This document shows positions 39,277 through 50,432 of a stretch of 64,000 bases of DNA, one piece after another (the stretch's first letter is position 1; each line of letters opens with the position of its first letter). The notes under the pieces are model-generated. The model was not told the DNA's origin and did not search any database. It saw only the letters and a list, made by a program, of their open reading frames with translations. Source of the stretch: Callorhinchus milii (taxonomy: Eukaryota); assembly GCF_018977255.1 (NCBI RefSeq), contig NW_024704743.1, positions 55,430,001-55,494,000 of the forward strand, written 5' to 3'. The position numbers and the translations under genes were made by a program.

Positions 39277-40101
39277 CTGAGGAAAGACAACACATTTATT
39301 TTAAGAAAGAGAAAGGGCACTTGGAAGGGGAGAGAGGATTCATCAGACACTTTGAATGCCGCTTGCAACAGTCACGATTTTCGTGTACAGTCCTACCCAT
39401 TTATGTCATCACACAGGGACTGAGCAGATTTTGTTGACATAAGTGGGTTTCGACATAAAATGAACCAAATGCTGTCAGTTACCGTCAGTCAGGTGTGTGC
39501 TGGGAGCTGTAATCTGAGCGCACACTAAGTGCTGCACTATCCCACCAGGGGGACTGCGCACACCCAAAAGTGGTAAGAACACAATGTACTCAATGCTGTT
39601 ATGGACATGAAAAGTTTGTTGATAAAAGTAAGTTGCAATTTATGTTGACGTCCACAGCAAGCTTAATGTGTTCCTATATGGGGAAGGGCTCAGGGCTTCA
39701 AATTGTTGTTGACATGTGTGGGATGTCATTCACTCATGTTATTCACAATCACTCTGGCCCTGGAACTGAATAAAGCATATTGAAAACACCATACCCCACC
39801 TCAGGGTGTTAAGTGATACTGTGTCCTTTGCAGTTCATGGCTAAATGTTTAACTGTCAGCAGGCTCCGATATCCTGACTGGCTTTGAAGCAGATATACTC
39901 TCTCGTGGAGAGAAATGAAGAGACAAGCCACCCAGTGAAAAGCAGATGTGTCCATTGGCCCATAGTCGGGGATATGACTAAAATATACGCCTTGGAGAGG
40001 GAGGGAGCTATGTAAGTTTACTAAGAAAGAAAGTTCTTCAGACTTCCCAAAAAGGAAAAAATGTAAAGCTGAGCCCAACTGAAATCATCTTTAACCATTA
40101 C

Positions 40102-40167
40102 CTTTTTAACTGCATCTTCAAATGCCTTTTCCAGGTATTTGTACCGCCTGTTGAGCTTATTGAAGAC
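40102..40167 (-). CDS. BZW2: BZW2 coding exon 4 (66 nt)
   Basis: VFNKLNRRYKYLEKAFEDAVKK; TAG acceptor, GTAATG donor. Confidence 0.97.
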
Positions 40168-40989
40168 CTAAAGTAAAATAAAAAAGTTATTAGATTGCAG
40201 GCACTAAGCATGAAACTGAACAATCTGCAGTTTGTCCTTAAACACATTAAAGATTTGTATTTAACGAAAATTTAGATGCAATGGTTAGTATCCTGAAATT
40301 GATGCTTTCAGAAGCAAGGAGTCAGTGGATTGGGATAATGGGTATGCAGAGTTTGGTACTGGTGAGGATGCGTGCGGTGGTTTGGGATGAGCTAGACCTT
40401 GTAGATGTTGGAACTAGGAAGACCAGAGAGGAGTGCAGGAACCTGGAGGGAAAGAACTGCAATAGATCCCAGCACTTAATACTGTACAGGGCCCCAACTG
40501 CAGACTCGCTCATTATCATTCTGCACTGTGCACACTGAACCTTGCATTCTGAGCCTCGCAATCATGTGTTGCAATCGGAGAACGATTACATTAATAAGAA
40601 ACTTCCCATTGTGTTCTTGTCCATATAAATAACATTGGGTGATGCAAACGGAGAGGATCGCATCATCAGTTCTGGTAAAAGAGATGTATTGCACTGGGAG
40701 ATGCTTTCTTGAATTAAATATTATTTTGAATTAAGTCATTTTGAAATAAAAAGGCTCACTTCTGCTAGAAATAAATCATTTACAGATTCTCTCAAGTGGC
40801 ACACAACATCAGCATTTAAAATAAATGTTAAATTGCCCTGTTCATTCACTTCTCGACTTGCCAATATTGTTGAGTGGCAGCAGCTATTTCACAAGATCCC
40901 AGACAGGAGATTAGTTAGTACTGTATCATCTTAAACAGCATTCGACAGTGATATGATCCACTTCAACTACTTCCAAGCGTAATGTTTAC

Positions 40990-41093
40990 CTGAGCATAGT
41001 CTCGGATGGTTTCTTGATCTTCAGTGGCACCAAACACACAGTATTCAGTCACCTTGGTCTTATCCCCATCATCAATGCGAGTTCCACCTGGGG
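40990..41093 (-). CDS. BZW2: BZW2 coding exon 3 (104 nt)
   Basis: (A)PGGTRIDDGDKTKVTEYCVFGATEDQETIRDYAQ; TAG acceptor, GTAAAC donor; phase 1-0. Confidence 0.97.
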
Positions 41094-41287
41094 CTACAAA
41101 ATAAGAATAAATAAGTTGCTGATTTCTAAAAGTCTCACATAAACATATGTCAGAGTTTGCAACATCACATTACTTCAGATTTCAATCCTCTTAGCAGCAA
41201 AAACATCAGACGCAGGTTAATATTTTTTGCTACAACATATCTGTGGAGTTGGGTGAGGAGGGGGGGCAGGGGGGAGAGAGAGGGCTG

Positions 41288-41655
41288 AGGGCTTCCTGAT
41301 GGCTCAGTGGGTAAAGCACTGCCTAGTTTGCAACAGAATCACTTATGCAAAGAAAATCTGATCCTATGTTTGTGAGAGTAACTAGTATACTCTTGGGTGT
41401 GTGAAAGGAAGTAGGGGGATAGAGAGATATAAACTAAAAATGGCTAGGCAGGCTTCCCATGGTTTATCACCATCCAGTGACCCCCAGCTACAGAGTTTGG
41501 GCATATGAACATCAGACAAGGAAAGCATCAAATGCATCATAATGACTCTCTAGTTCACTTGCGAAGAATGGCCGTTTGGAAAAGGATTGACCTGTACCAA
41601 TGGAACTACACCTTAGCAAGCGGCAGGATTTTCAGGAGAGGGGAGAAAATTGGAG
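41288..41655 (+). mobile_element. LF-SINE-like element in a BZW2 intron
   Basis: Collinear, from memory of the LF-SINE consensus: GATGGCTCAGTGGGTA head, ATCCAGTGACCCC, GAAGAATGGCC, TGGAACTACACC, TTCAGGAGAGGGGAGAAAATTGG end. Confidence 0.75.
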
Positions 41656-42892
41656 CAACCCTCCCCAATGTCCACAATTGCAATAGATTTAACGGTTATG
41701 TACACACGGCATGATTTACAATTCTTGAGACAAGAGCGTGATTTAATCCAGTGACGAGTTTAGCAAGATTTAATCCAGTTATCAGTTTACTTAATCCTTG
41801 CAAATCTGGGTTAATACATTGCACATCTGCCAGATAAAGTTTCATTGTGCATATTGATGGAACAAAGGCCTGCCTGGCTCAAGGAATTAATAGCGTGCAG
41901 ATTTGCAGTATTGTTACATCAAACTCCTACTTGTTGTTTACAGGAGGGATCATATACAGGAACATGGCAGATGGCACAAATCGTCACCTAGTTTCAAAAA
42001 TTTAGCTCCATCATAAGACAAGAAATTGTGTGCACATCGGGGACTCAAGTTTCCACTTCTTACTTACAAGGAAATGGATATAATGAAAAAACAGTATATT
42101 TTTGATTTTAAACACAATTGTACAGCACTTTTCAAAAGAATTTTGGTTAAGTTTAATTGTACAAAAGTTTGGCTTGTAAACTAGACATTATTTCCTCAGG
42201 CAGAGATCTAAAACAGATGATGCTTTACAGAGGGTAAATTCCAGCACACTTCTGACAATGTGCACACAACATTGCTGTGTGCAGCATCAATCCCAAAGGA
42301 TTAAAAGGCAGAAATGGTTGAACAATAAAAGTGACCAGGAAACAGACTGTGGAATTAAAGCAACAGATTTTTTTAAAAAAAAGTAAACTTGCAATAATAA
42401 CCTGCTGATGAAAGAACCTTAATTGTGAAAGATGATTAAAGAAGCAATTTACCTTGGCTAAAAAAACAATTGCAAGCAGGAAACATTTCACATTGAATGA
42501 TAGGAACCAAGCCATGCTGGGCCATTCATTAAACTCAGGGGTAGGTGTGAAATGAGGCTATTCTGAAACACGGTTGTGGCACTAATCTACAAATATTTTC
42601 TTTTATTGTTAACTCAAATGCCCATTTTGCACTAATTCTCACTGACTGAAGAGACAATAAATTAGTTTGACAGATTGAAGAGACTTTGGCAGGAATAATC
42701 TGTAATATTTAAATCATGTGTCAAAGCAGCTTCCAGTTTATTAAATAACTTAATTTGCTATTTGCTTTATCAAATGCAAGGATTATTATTATAATAACAA
42801 AAGTGATATTGGACTTTGGACGAGCTGAAACAAGCTGTCACCTCGTCACTCCATCCATTTTACGGAAGAAGTCACTCTGAACATGGTGACAA

Positions 42893-43171
42893 ATGAGACC
42901 TAGGTTTGATTCCCGGCAGGGTGAAACCTTGGGGAAGTTTCCTTACTTCAGACGCCTGATAATAATCCCTCAAGAAAAAAAAACAATAATAATTGGTAAA
43001 TTCAATCCACGACTGTTTGTGGGACACTGCTGTGCGCAATTGGCTGCCGCATTTCGCCTACAAATATAAGTCAATTCACTTTACAGTCTATTCTGTAAAT
43101 TCTGTGAAGCACTTTGAGATGTCTAGAAGACGTGAAAAGCGCTATATCAAATGCAAGGATTATTATTATTA
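42893..43171 (+). mobile_element. SINE copy with partial tRNA head
   Basis: B box GGTTTGATTCC, body and hairpin with TAGAA loop, (TTA)n tail. Confidence 0.85.
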
Positions 43172-43918
43172 TCTCTCGATTTTATACCCTAGATTTTTTT
43201 CGTCCTTTCAAAAATATGCACATTTATTTCCATTAAGTCACTTTAGCAGCTATAAAGGATTATGGTTGACTGTCTTGTCAAGATAATCCCAATGATTTCT
43301 AATGCCTTCAAAGAACCACTGACATGTAAGAACCCAATTAACCAAACTAATAGTATCTGCCATTCTGATTTTGTCAACTATTTCGAACACTTCTCGGGAT
43401 TACCAACAAAAGTACTGTATTATAAAAGAGCATCACGGCCCTGATTAACTGAATTTAATCCAGATTCATTTTTTGGCTGCATTAAATATGAATGCAAATC
43501 TAAAGGTTAAGTACCATTTATAAAAGTGTACCGTGTATGATGGGTGGGGGGGGGGAGAGAAGAGAAAAGCACTTGTCAAATTTTGATTCAATATATAAGA
43601 AACATTTAATTATGTGAGAAACATCAAGTTGGTGCATGCCAAGAAACATTGCTGCACAACACACTTCTCCGCTTCAGTTTGTGGACTTTTTTTTATTAAA
43701 AAGTTTAAATTTAGTTTTTTTAAAAAAAACTTTAATGGGTAATAAGTAATGGAACTGAACAGAAGATGACTTATTACAAAAAGTGAAGCTTTCTTAGAAA
43801 GCCTAACTTTGGTGGCAAACCTAACAGGTTCAGGAAGACAAACCTTGAGTTTGATATAAACCCTCATTTTGCTCTTCATTAAGTTCAGCTCAATTATGTA
43901 CCCAAGATTCACACTTAC

Positions 43919-44095
43919 CAAGCATGCTCCCAGCTATCAGAATATCAAACAGGGTGTCTGCATAGCGACGGTAATCTTGTCTTGAGCCAGTTGCGTCCAA
44001 AAACTTGGCTACTGCCTCCAGATCGTTCCCAGCCTCATTAAGACCTTGAATAATGGTGTCTCTGAAGACTGTTGGTTCGAACTTCTCTTTTTCAT
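43919..44095 (-). CDS. BZW2: BZW2 coding exon 2 (177 nt)
   Basis: (D)[61 protein letters not shown] acceptor, GTAAGT donor; phase 1-1. Confidence 0.97.
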
Positions 44096-45492
44096 CTGCA
44101 CAAGAAAACTCAATTTTCAGTCAATGTACACCACTTTCCCGTTAGCTCAATGATAATCTTGGATTTCAACTGCACTATTGCCAATTCCACAGGATTCAAA
44201 ATGACCTTATTTAGCAATGGTATCAGCGGCACTTTACAAGGAAATACAAACAGCCACTACGATAGGAGATATTTTTCCTCCTGATGCAAGAGAGAAGTGC
44301 TATATTGTTGTGATTGTGATCCTACTTGCACACTTGTGCACGACCAATTGCTGCACCAAGAAGTCCATCTTTACATCAGTGCCGCCCTATAGACCCCAAA
44401 ATTCAATCTTTTAAAGGCGAAAGCTAGCCGGCACGGGGGATTTCATACTATAAATCCGCACTCACATCTTTTGAATGCATAGCACAAATTAATAAAAAAT
44501 TTTGCTGTTTGCTTTTCAAGGACACTAATGCACAATAATCTGTAAAGACACCCAGTCTGTCAACTTCAATCAGTTCTCAGTTGTACAGAACTCCACGCTT
44601 CATTGACAACATCAGAAGCATAGATGATAAAGAAATTTAGTGGAGCAAGGAATTCAATTGAAAAATCGGTGGCTAAATCGTTTGCAATTGAGGTATTACA
44701 ATTGGCCTCAATACCTTGGGATTCTTTTGGGGGTGGGGGCAAGAGGGAGAAGAGAAATAGGAAGGTGAGGAGAAAAATATATTCACTGCACAGTGCAGTA
44801 GTTGGGAGTCCTTAAAAATCCTAACCTGCCAGGATAAGGCACGATTGGTGGTGGTCAGCACCTTCGCATCGTGGCATCACTAGGCATATGAACAGTGACA
44901 TCACAGCACATGTGCATAGAAAAGTAGTTGTTTCGGGAGTTGTTCGTTTGTCATCAATGTCGTTTTCTGCGTGCTGTGTGGGCGCGTAGAAAGTTGGCAC
45001 CTCTCAATGCTGAAGCTACAACCAGGTTAGCCTATGCATTGATGTGATGTGCAACCAGACAGTCTAGCACAACACACATGAACAGTGCAGGAAGATGTCT
45101 TGTAAGTAAACCAGTGCTATCAGCCCTGTACTGCATACACTCTATCCAGATATCCTTGTTGTACACATCTTCAATCTACCAGACACCAAAGGGCACAGTG
45201 GATGCCCTTGTGGTCAAATAGGCTCAAGACACCAAGGCTCACACACACATGGTAACTCAAGCGAGGATCCTAAGCATGTCCAGAACCATCGCCCAGAAAC
45301 AAAAACAAAAGTAAAAACGTCACCTGGGGAGGAGAATGGGAGTATAACAGAAGAGAAAGATGAAACGTGTCCCATCAGGAACCTGAGAGGTGGGCACACT
45401 GCTTTAGTCACTAGGATTCCAACCAAATCAGTACATTCAAAATCATACATCAAAATATTTTACACCTGAAGGAATGAAGCAGGTGGACTTAC

Positions 45493-45550
45493 CCCTCTTC
45501 CTGGTCTTGAACCGCTGGCCTGTTAGCACTGGCTTCTGCTGCTTACTCAT
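45493..45550 (-). CDS. BZW2: BZW2 (basic leucine zipper and W2 domain protein 2 / eIF5-mimic 5MP1), first coding exon
   Basis: Translates MSKQQKPVLTGQRFKTRKR+1 nt, matching the BZW2 N-terminus. Acceptor AG at 45559-45558 leaves 7 nt of 5'UTR (AAAGTTT); donor GTAAGT at 45492; 58 coding nt. Confidence 0.96.
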
Positions 45551-46819
45551 AAACTTTCTGTGTGGGGGAAAATATCAAGACATGATCAAAAATTAATACC
45601 CAGAAAAACTGATTTTTTTGTGTACATGAATCACAAGAGTCTTGTTTCAGTCACAGAAAGACAGAACAAAAGGTTAGGGAATTTTTTTTAATATAGCATC
45701 AAGGTTGTTGGGACATGAAATTCCCTACCTGGATCTGCGGGTGATGCAGAATCCAGATTAATTTTAAAGAGGGAATTAGATGGGGCGAACGACCTCCAAT
45801 TGTTCTGTAAAATTCTTTGGCTCTATCAATCCATGATATTTTGTTTAATAAACAGCTGTTTTTAAAAGTGGTGAATTATACTCACCAGATTTTATTAAAG
45901 TAATAAAACACAAATATTAAGACCAAACAAGTGGCTACTTGCCTACAACATGCTCTTTGAAAAAAGTTTATTCATTGTGAAAACAGATTTTGTAAAAATT
46001 GAGCAATTAAGTCGCATGTTAGACAGAACCTACACCAAAACAGTCAATTTGTCTCCACTGCCTGCTTATATGCCACACAAGCCGCCACCCATATAATCCA
46101 TCCTCCTAAGCCTTCCCCATACTTCTCCATCGCCTTCAGTCTCATGTATGCATCGAGTTTCCGTTGACACTATATGCATTGATACTTTCTGCTTCAATTA
46201 TAACTGCTGGCAGCGAGTTCCCTGAAACCCTCTGTGTAAATAAATTTCTTCTTAAATCCCTTTTAGATAACTCTGCTCCATTAGTACCATGAACCAAGAA
46301 GTTAAATCAGAGACGTGGCACGAGTCAACAAACAAATATATTATTTTTCTTGTTCTTTTTGAGAAAATGAAACCAGATGTCCCGGTTGAACAGTGAAAAT
46401 CTTAGTACATCAACAACTTGCATTTATATAGAGCCCATCACGATTTAACTTGTTAGTTCCAGCATTCCAAGAACAACTTTAAAAAAAATACAGGTTAACT
46501 TTTTTTGCACTCTATAAATCTAGGTGCAATGGTGAACAGAATTTGCACTGTTGGTGCACTACATTTCACTTGCAAAATACAGTCACATCACTGTACAATA
46601 TATCCTGTGAAGTGCTTTGAAATGGCTCAACGACATGATAAGGCACTATATCAAATGCAACTTAAAAAATATATCTTCTGCAATAAGGATACACCTTCAT
46701 CCACAAAGTATACAGTCAATTAATTCATTTACAGTATATTCTGTGTATCCATTTGAGATGGCTCAATGACGTGATAAGATGCAATATCAAATGTAACCAT
46801 TATTACTATTGTCCTCCAC

Positions 46820-47445
46820 AAGTCTCTGATCTCTTGTATGCAGGTGCAGAGAGGCACTGAGCAAAAACTAGACACATCCCTGTGGAGGGAAAATCTGGAA
46901 GGAATTGAATCACATGCCAGATTCCCACACCCCCAATCACGAGTGAAGGATCACTTGTTCTCTCATCTCAGTTGGGGCAGAGCTATGGATGCAGGTTCAG
47001 CTCCTCTATGAGTCCCTGATCTCTTAGGTCCAGTTGCAGCGAGGCACTGAGCGAAAGCTTGACACTTCCCTGTGGGGATGGGAAAGGTGGAGGGAATTAA
47101 ATCTTTTTTTTGGTCACACTGGGTGTCTGACACATGCGGAAACCCATCACCATGTTTAAGACTATCCATATAAAGCAAAGTTCCATACATTCCACCTACA
47201 CATGGAAATCCCAGAGATAAGATTGTTGGAATGCACACTCTCTCCCTGGAGGGACGCATCCTGCTGACCTAATTCCGAAAAGTATTTGACGCAGGTTGGC
47301 AAGAGCCAAGGCTTGGGGATCCCAAAGTGTGCGGTGGGCAACAGCTGGAATCTAGCCAGCTAAATAAAACCACATAAAACCATTGGTAGCACTCTTTGGC
47401 AAGCTTTCCGTTGCTTGTCCAGCTAAGACCACTCTATCTGTTAAG
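46820..47445 (-). repeat. Unclassified interspersed repeat (longest copy; others about 21720-21990 +, 31360-31490 +, 32340-32730 +)
   Basis: Shared blocks GGACAAGCAAC-GGAAAGCT, CTTGCCAACC, AATTAGGTCAG-AGGATGC, CTTAA-CATGGTGATGGGTTTCC, TGTCAGACACC. Confidence 0.75.
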
Positions 47446-49154
47446 AATTTAATATTAGGCTACCATCCCATACCTCAGACAAGCACCGAAGTAGGATTAT
47501 TTGTTAATTGGTGCTTAGCCTATCATCTTTGATCATAGTAGGTCTCAGGAGACAGCCCCCTCTGGGCACTGTCTCAGATGAATACTAGGATTAAGGGAAA
47601 AAAAGTCCTTGGATATAATAGCTGAAAAACAAACTGCAGATGTTAGAAAGTCGAAAACAAAAAACAAAAAGGCTGGAAATCTGAAACAGGACCAAATCGT
47701 AATCTGAAAGAAGACAAGCTATTTAAGAAGTACCATGATGGATATGTATTCTGGTTAGATTAGGTCTGGAAGGGAGACAATTAGAGACACTGCTCAAAAT
47801 CTTACAAACAATCTTTGGAAACTGAAATGTATGGAAGGATTAGTGGGCGACAAATGTTGCATCTCGGTTCAGGAAAAGGACAAGATGGGAGATTAAATTG
47901 ATTAGTGTTACCTCCGCCGTGGATAAACTTCTTAAACAATTAAGAAGGATGCCATTTGTGAACGCTTAAAGGTAGGGATCGATTTGGGAGAATCAGCATT
48001 GAGTTGTGAAGAGCGGGTCACACTTGACTAATCAATTTCCTTTGAGGCAGCCACAGAGTGGATTTCAGAAGTTGTCAGGTAAGAGACCATTGAGATAAAT
48101 AAAGCACATGGTAGTAAAGGCGGCAAGGAGAGACTGAGTGCTGAATGAAGACAGTGTAGAGAAAGGCACGTAGATGTTTCTCGGATTTGCTGGATGGCGG
48201 GGAACCATAATTTTGCTGACAAGATCAAATTATGGACACTGCAAAATATGAAGAATGTGAGAAATTACAAGTGAGATGGTAAAGGGCAAAAATCCCCCCC
48301 TACCCACTTGCTGCTCGCAAAAAAATACCTCTTAAAGTATGATGCACATGCAAGATTTTATAGCAAGTCTTCAATTGACATTTCAGTTCCCTTTCTGAAT
48401 ACTAATGCTTCTCTTCTCGCCTGCACATATGCAAAGCAGCTAAAGTCGCTGACTAACCATTTGTGAAAAATCAATGAGCAGGTTACACTTCTTTCTAACC
48501 ACAGCCACCCCCCCATATCCTGTCTGTTCTCATGCACTTCCCACACTGAGAGGCATGTGTGCAGGGTACGTGTCTGCCCGTTAGCTGAGGGAATGGTGCA
48601 CAATAACAGGCAAACTTAAACCGTAGAGACATACTTTTAAAAGGAAAAAGAAAATTAAGTTTCAAAAATGAATTGAAACACGACTTTATTGAATGTTATT
48701 CATAACCTTATCTTTCTAGTTTTCACTTTCAATGTCACTACTTTATTTGCACTCTCAGAACAGCTACCAATAGCTCTTGTATAATCCAAAAAAGGACCTT
48801 TCTGCAATGTAAAAAGTATGTACGTAACAATAATCCTTGTATTTGATACAGCACCTTATCACATCTTCAAGATGTTTCAAAGCACTTCATAGAATACACT
48901 GCAAAGTGAATTGACTGTATAATTTGTTGGCAAAACACGGCAGCCATTTGCACACAGCAATGTCCCCCAAACAGTCATGGATTGAGTGACCAATTTGTTA
49001 TTTGTTATTAAGGAATTGTTACTTCCGGAAAAGCGATTTGCCAATTGACTAACGACCAAGTTTCTACTAACTGCTAGGTAAGCAGAGGCGTGTGCAGTAA
49101 GGAAATTAACAACTTTTCGCCAAATATCACTGTTTTAACATGTCGGCTGATGCC

Positions 49155-49385
49155 TAGTGAATTGACTGTATAATTTGTGGGAGAAACGTGGCAGCCATTT
49201 GTGTATAGTAGTGTCTCACAAACAGCTGTGGATTGAAGTGACTAATTTATTATTGTTTTCTTTCTTGAGGGATTATTATCAGGTGTGGAGAAAGGAAACT
49301 TGCCCAAGGTTTCGCCCTGCCGGGACTCAAACCCTGGTCTCTCGCTTACGAGGCAAGTGCTCTAACTGCTGAGCTACAGGACTCT
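49155..49385 (-). mobile_element. Older copy of the same SINE family (tail part repeated at about 48825-49020)
   Basis: Diverged head GAGTCCTGTAGCTCAGCAGTTAGAGCAC...GGCGAAACCTTGGGCAAGTTTCC. Confidence 0.8.
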
Positions 49386-50432
49386 GTAGAATAGCCTAAA
49401 TAAAGCCATTCTACCACTTAAAAAGAATTTGTGAACAACGTTTATATGGCATCAGATGTCACCTTCTAAACTATGAATGATCAATCAATACAATACAGAT
49501 TTATATAGCGCCTTTCCCACCAGGAAGACTGGTGGGTAGCTGAACTGGGGTGGGAGCAGAGGAGCATGGAGATGGGGAAGATAACTGGTAATGTAAGAAA
49601 TTTGAAGTTGACAAATTCTACATTGATTCCGAGAGCTTAAACAAGCCTTATTATAATTTCATTCACAGACCAACCATGGCTTCCACAATGCAACATTTTT
49701 ATCGGGTGCAGATCAAGAAAATGACTTACAATCATAAGAGCCAGATTAAAAAGCAGGATACAAAGATTGGAAGAACTCCTCAGTACACAAAATTTACACA
49801 TTTAATGCAATAAAAAACAGAAGGACAGTGAAATAATAAATAGATGGGCACGTCAATTTTTAAAAAAATTATATTCTATTAATCATAGAGATTATTTCCA
49901 AGATACTGAAATGCTATTTGTTATTACACATCAATCTCAATGTAGTGTATATGTACAAACACACAACAGTGTGCAAATTGGCTACTAGGTTTTCCCACAA
50001 CACAGTCACTACACTTTAAAGTGTAAACATCCTGAGAACAGGAAATAGAAATGTAAACAGTCAAAATCACACTGCAGTGTACGTTTGAGCTGCGTTTTAA
50101 TAAATCATTAAATATAATGAGGAATTAAGCCAGAACTCTGTTTTTAAATCAAATCCAATCTGACTGTGAGTCACAAGAACAAGAAATAGATGTATGAAAC
50201 AGCCACAATAGCAAATTCAAATGGATGATGTTTGAATTGAGCTTGAGCAAATGTTTTAGTAATTCATTAAGTAGATTCCTGCATAAACAGAATTTACACT
50301 TACATAGCACTTTCACATGGGAGACCATAATCACACAAATGACAGGACGGCACCTACAAAAACGCAGCATTCCCCCCAAAGTGTCAGCATAGACTTTTCC
50401 TCAAAGCTAGAGATGGGGCTTGAACCTACAAC

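Noticed and set aside
47625..47715. Penelope-like terminal sequence (ACTGCAGATGTTAGAAAG...GGCTGGAAATCTG)
   Set aside because: Short and degenerate; the resemblance is from memory only and not enough to call.
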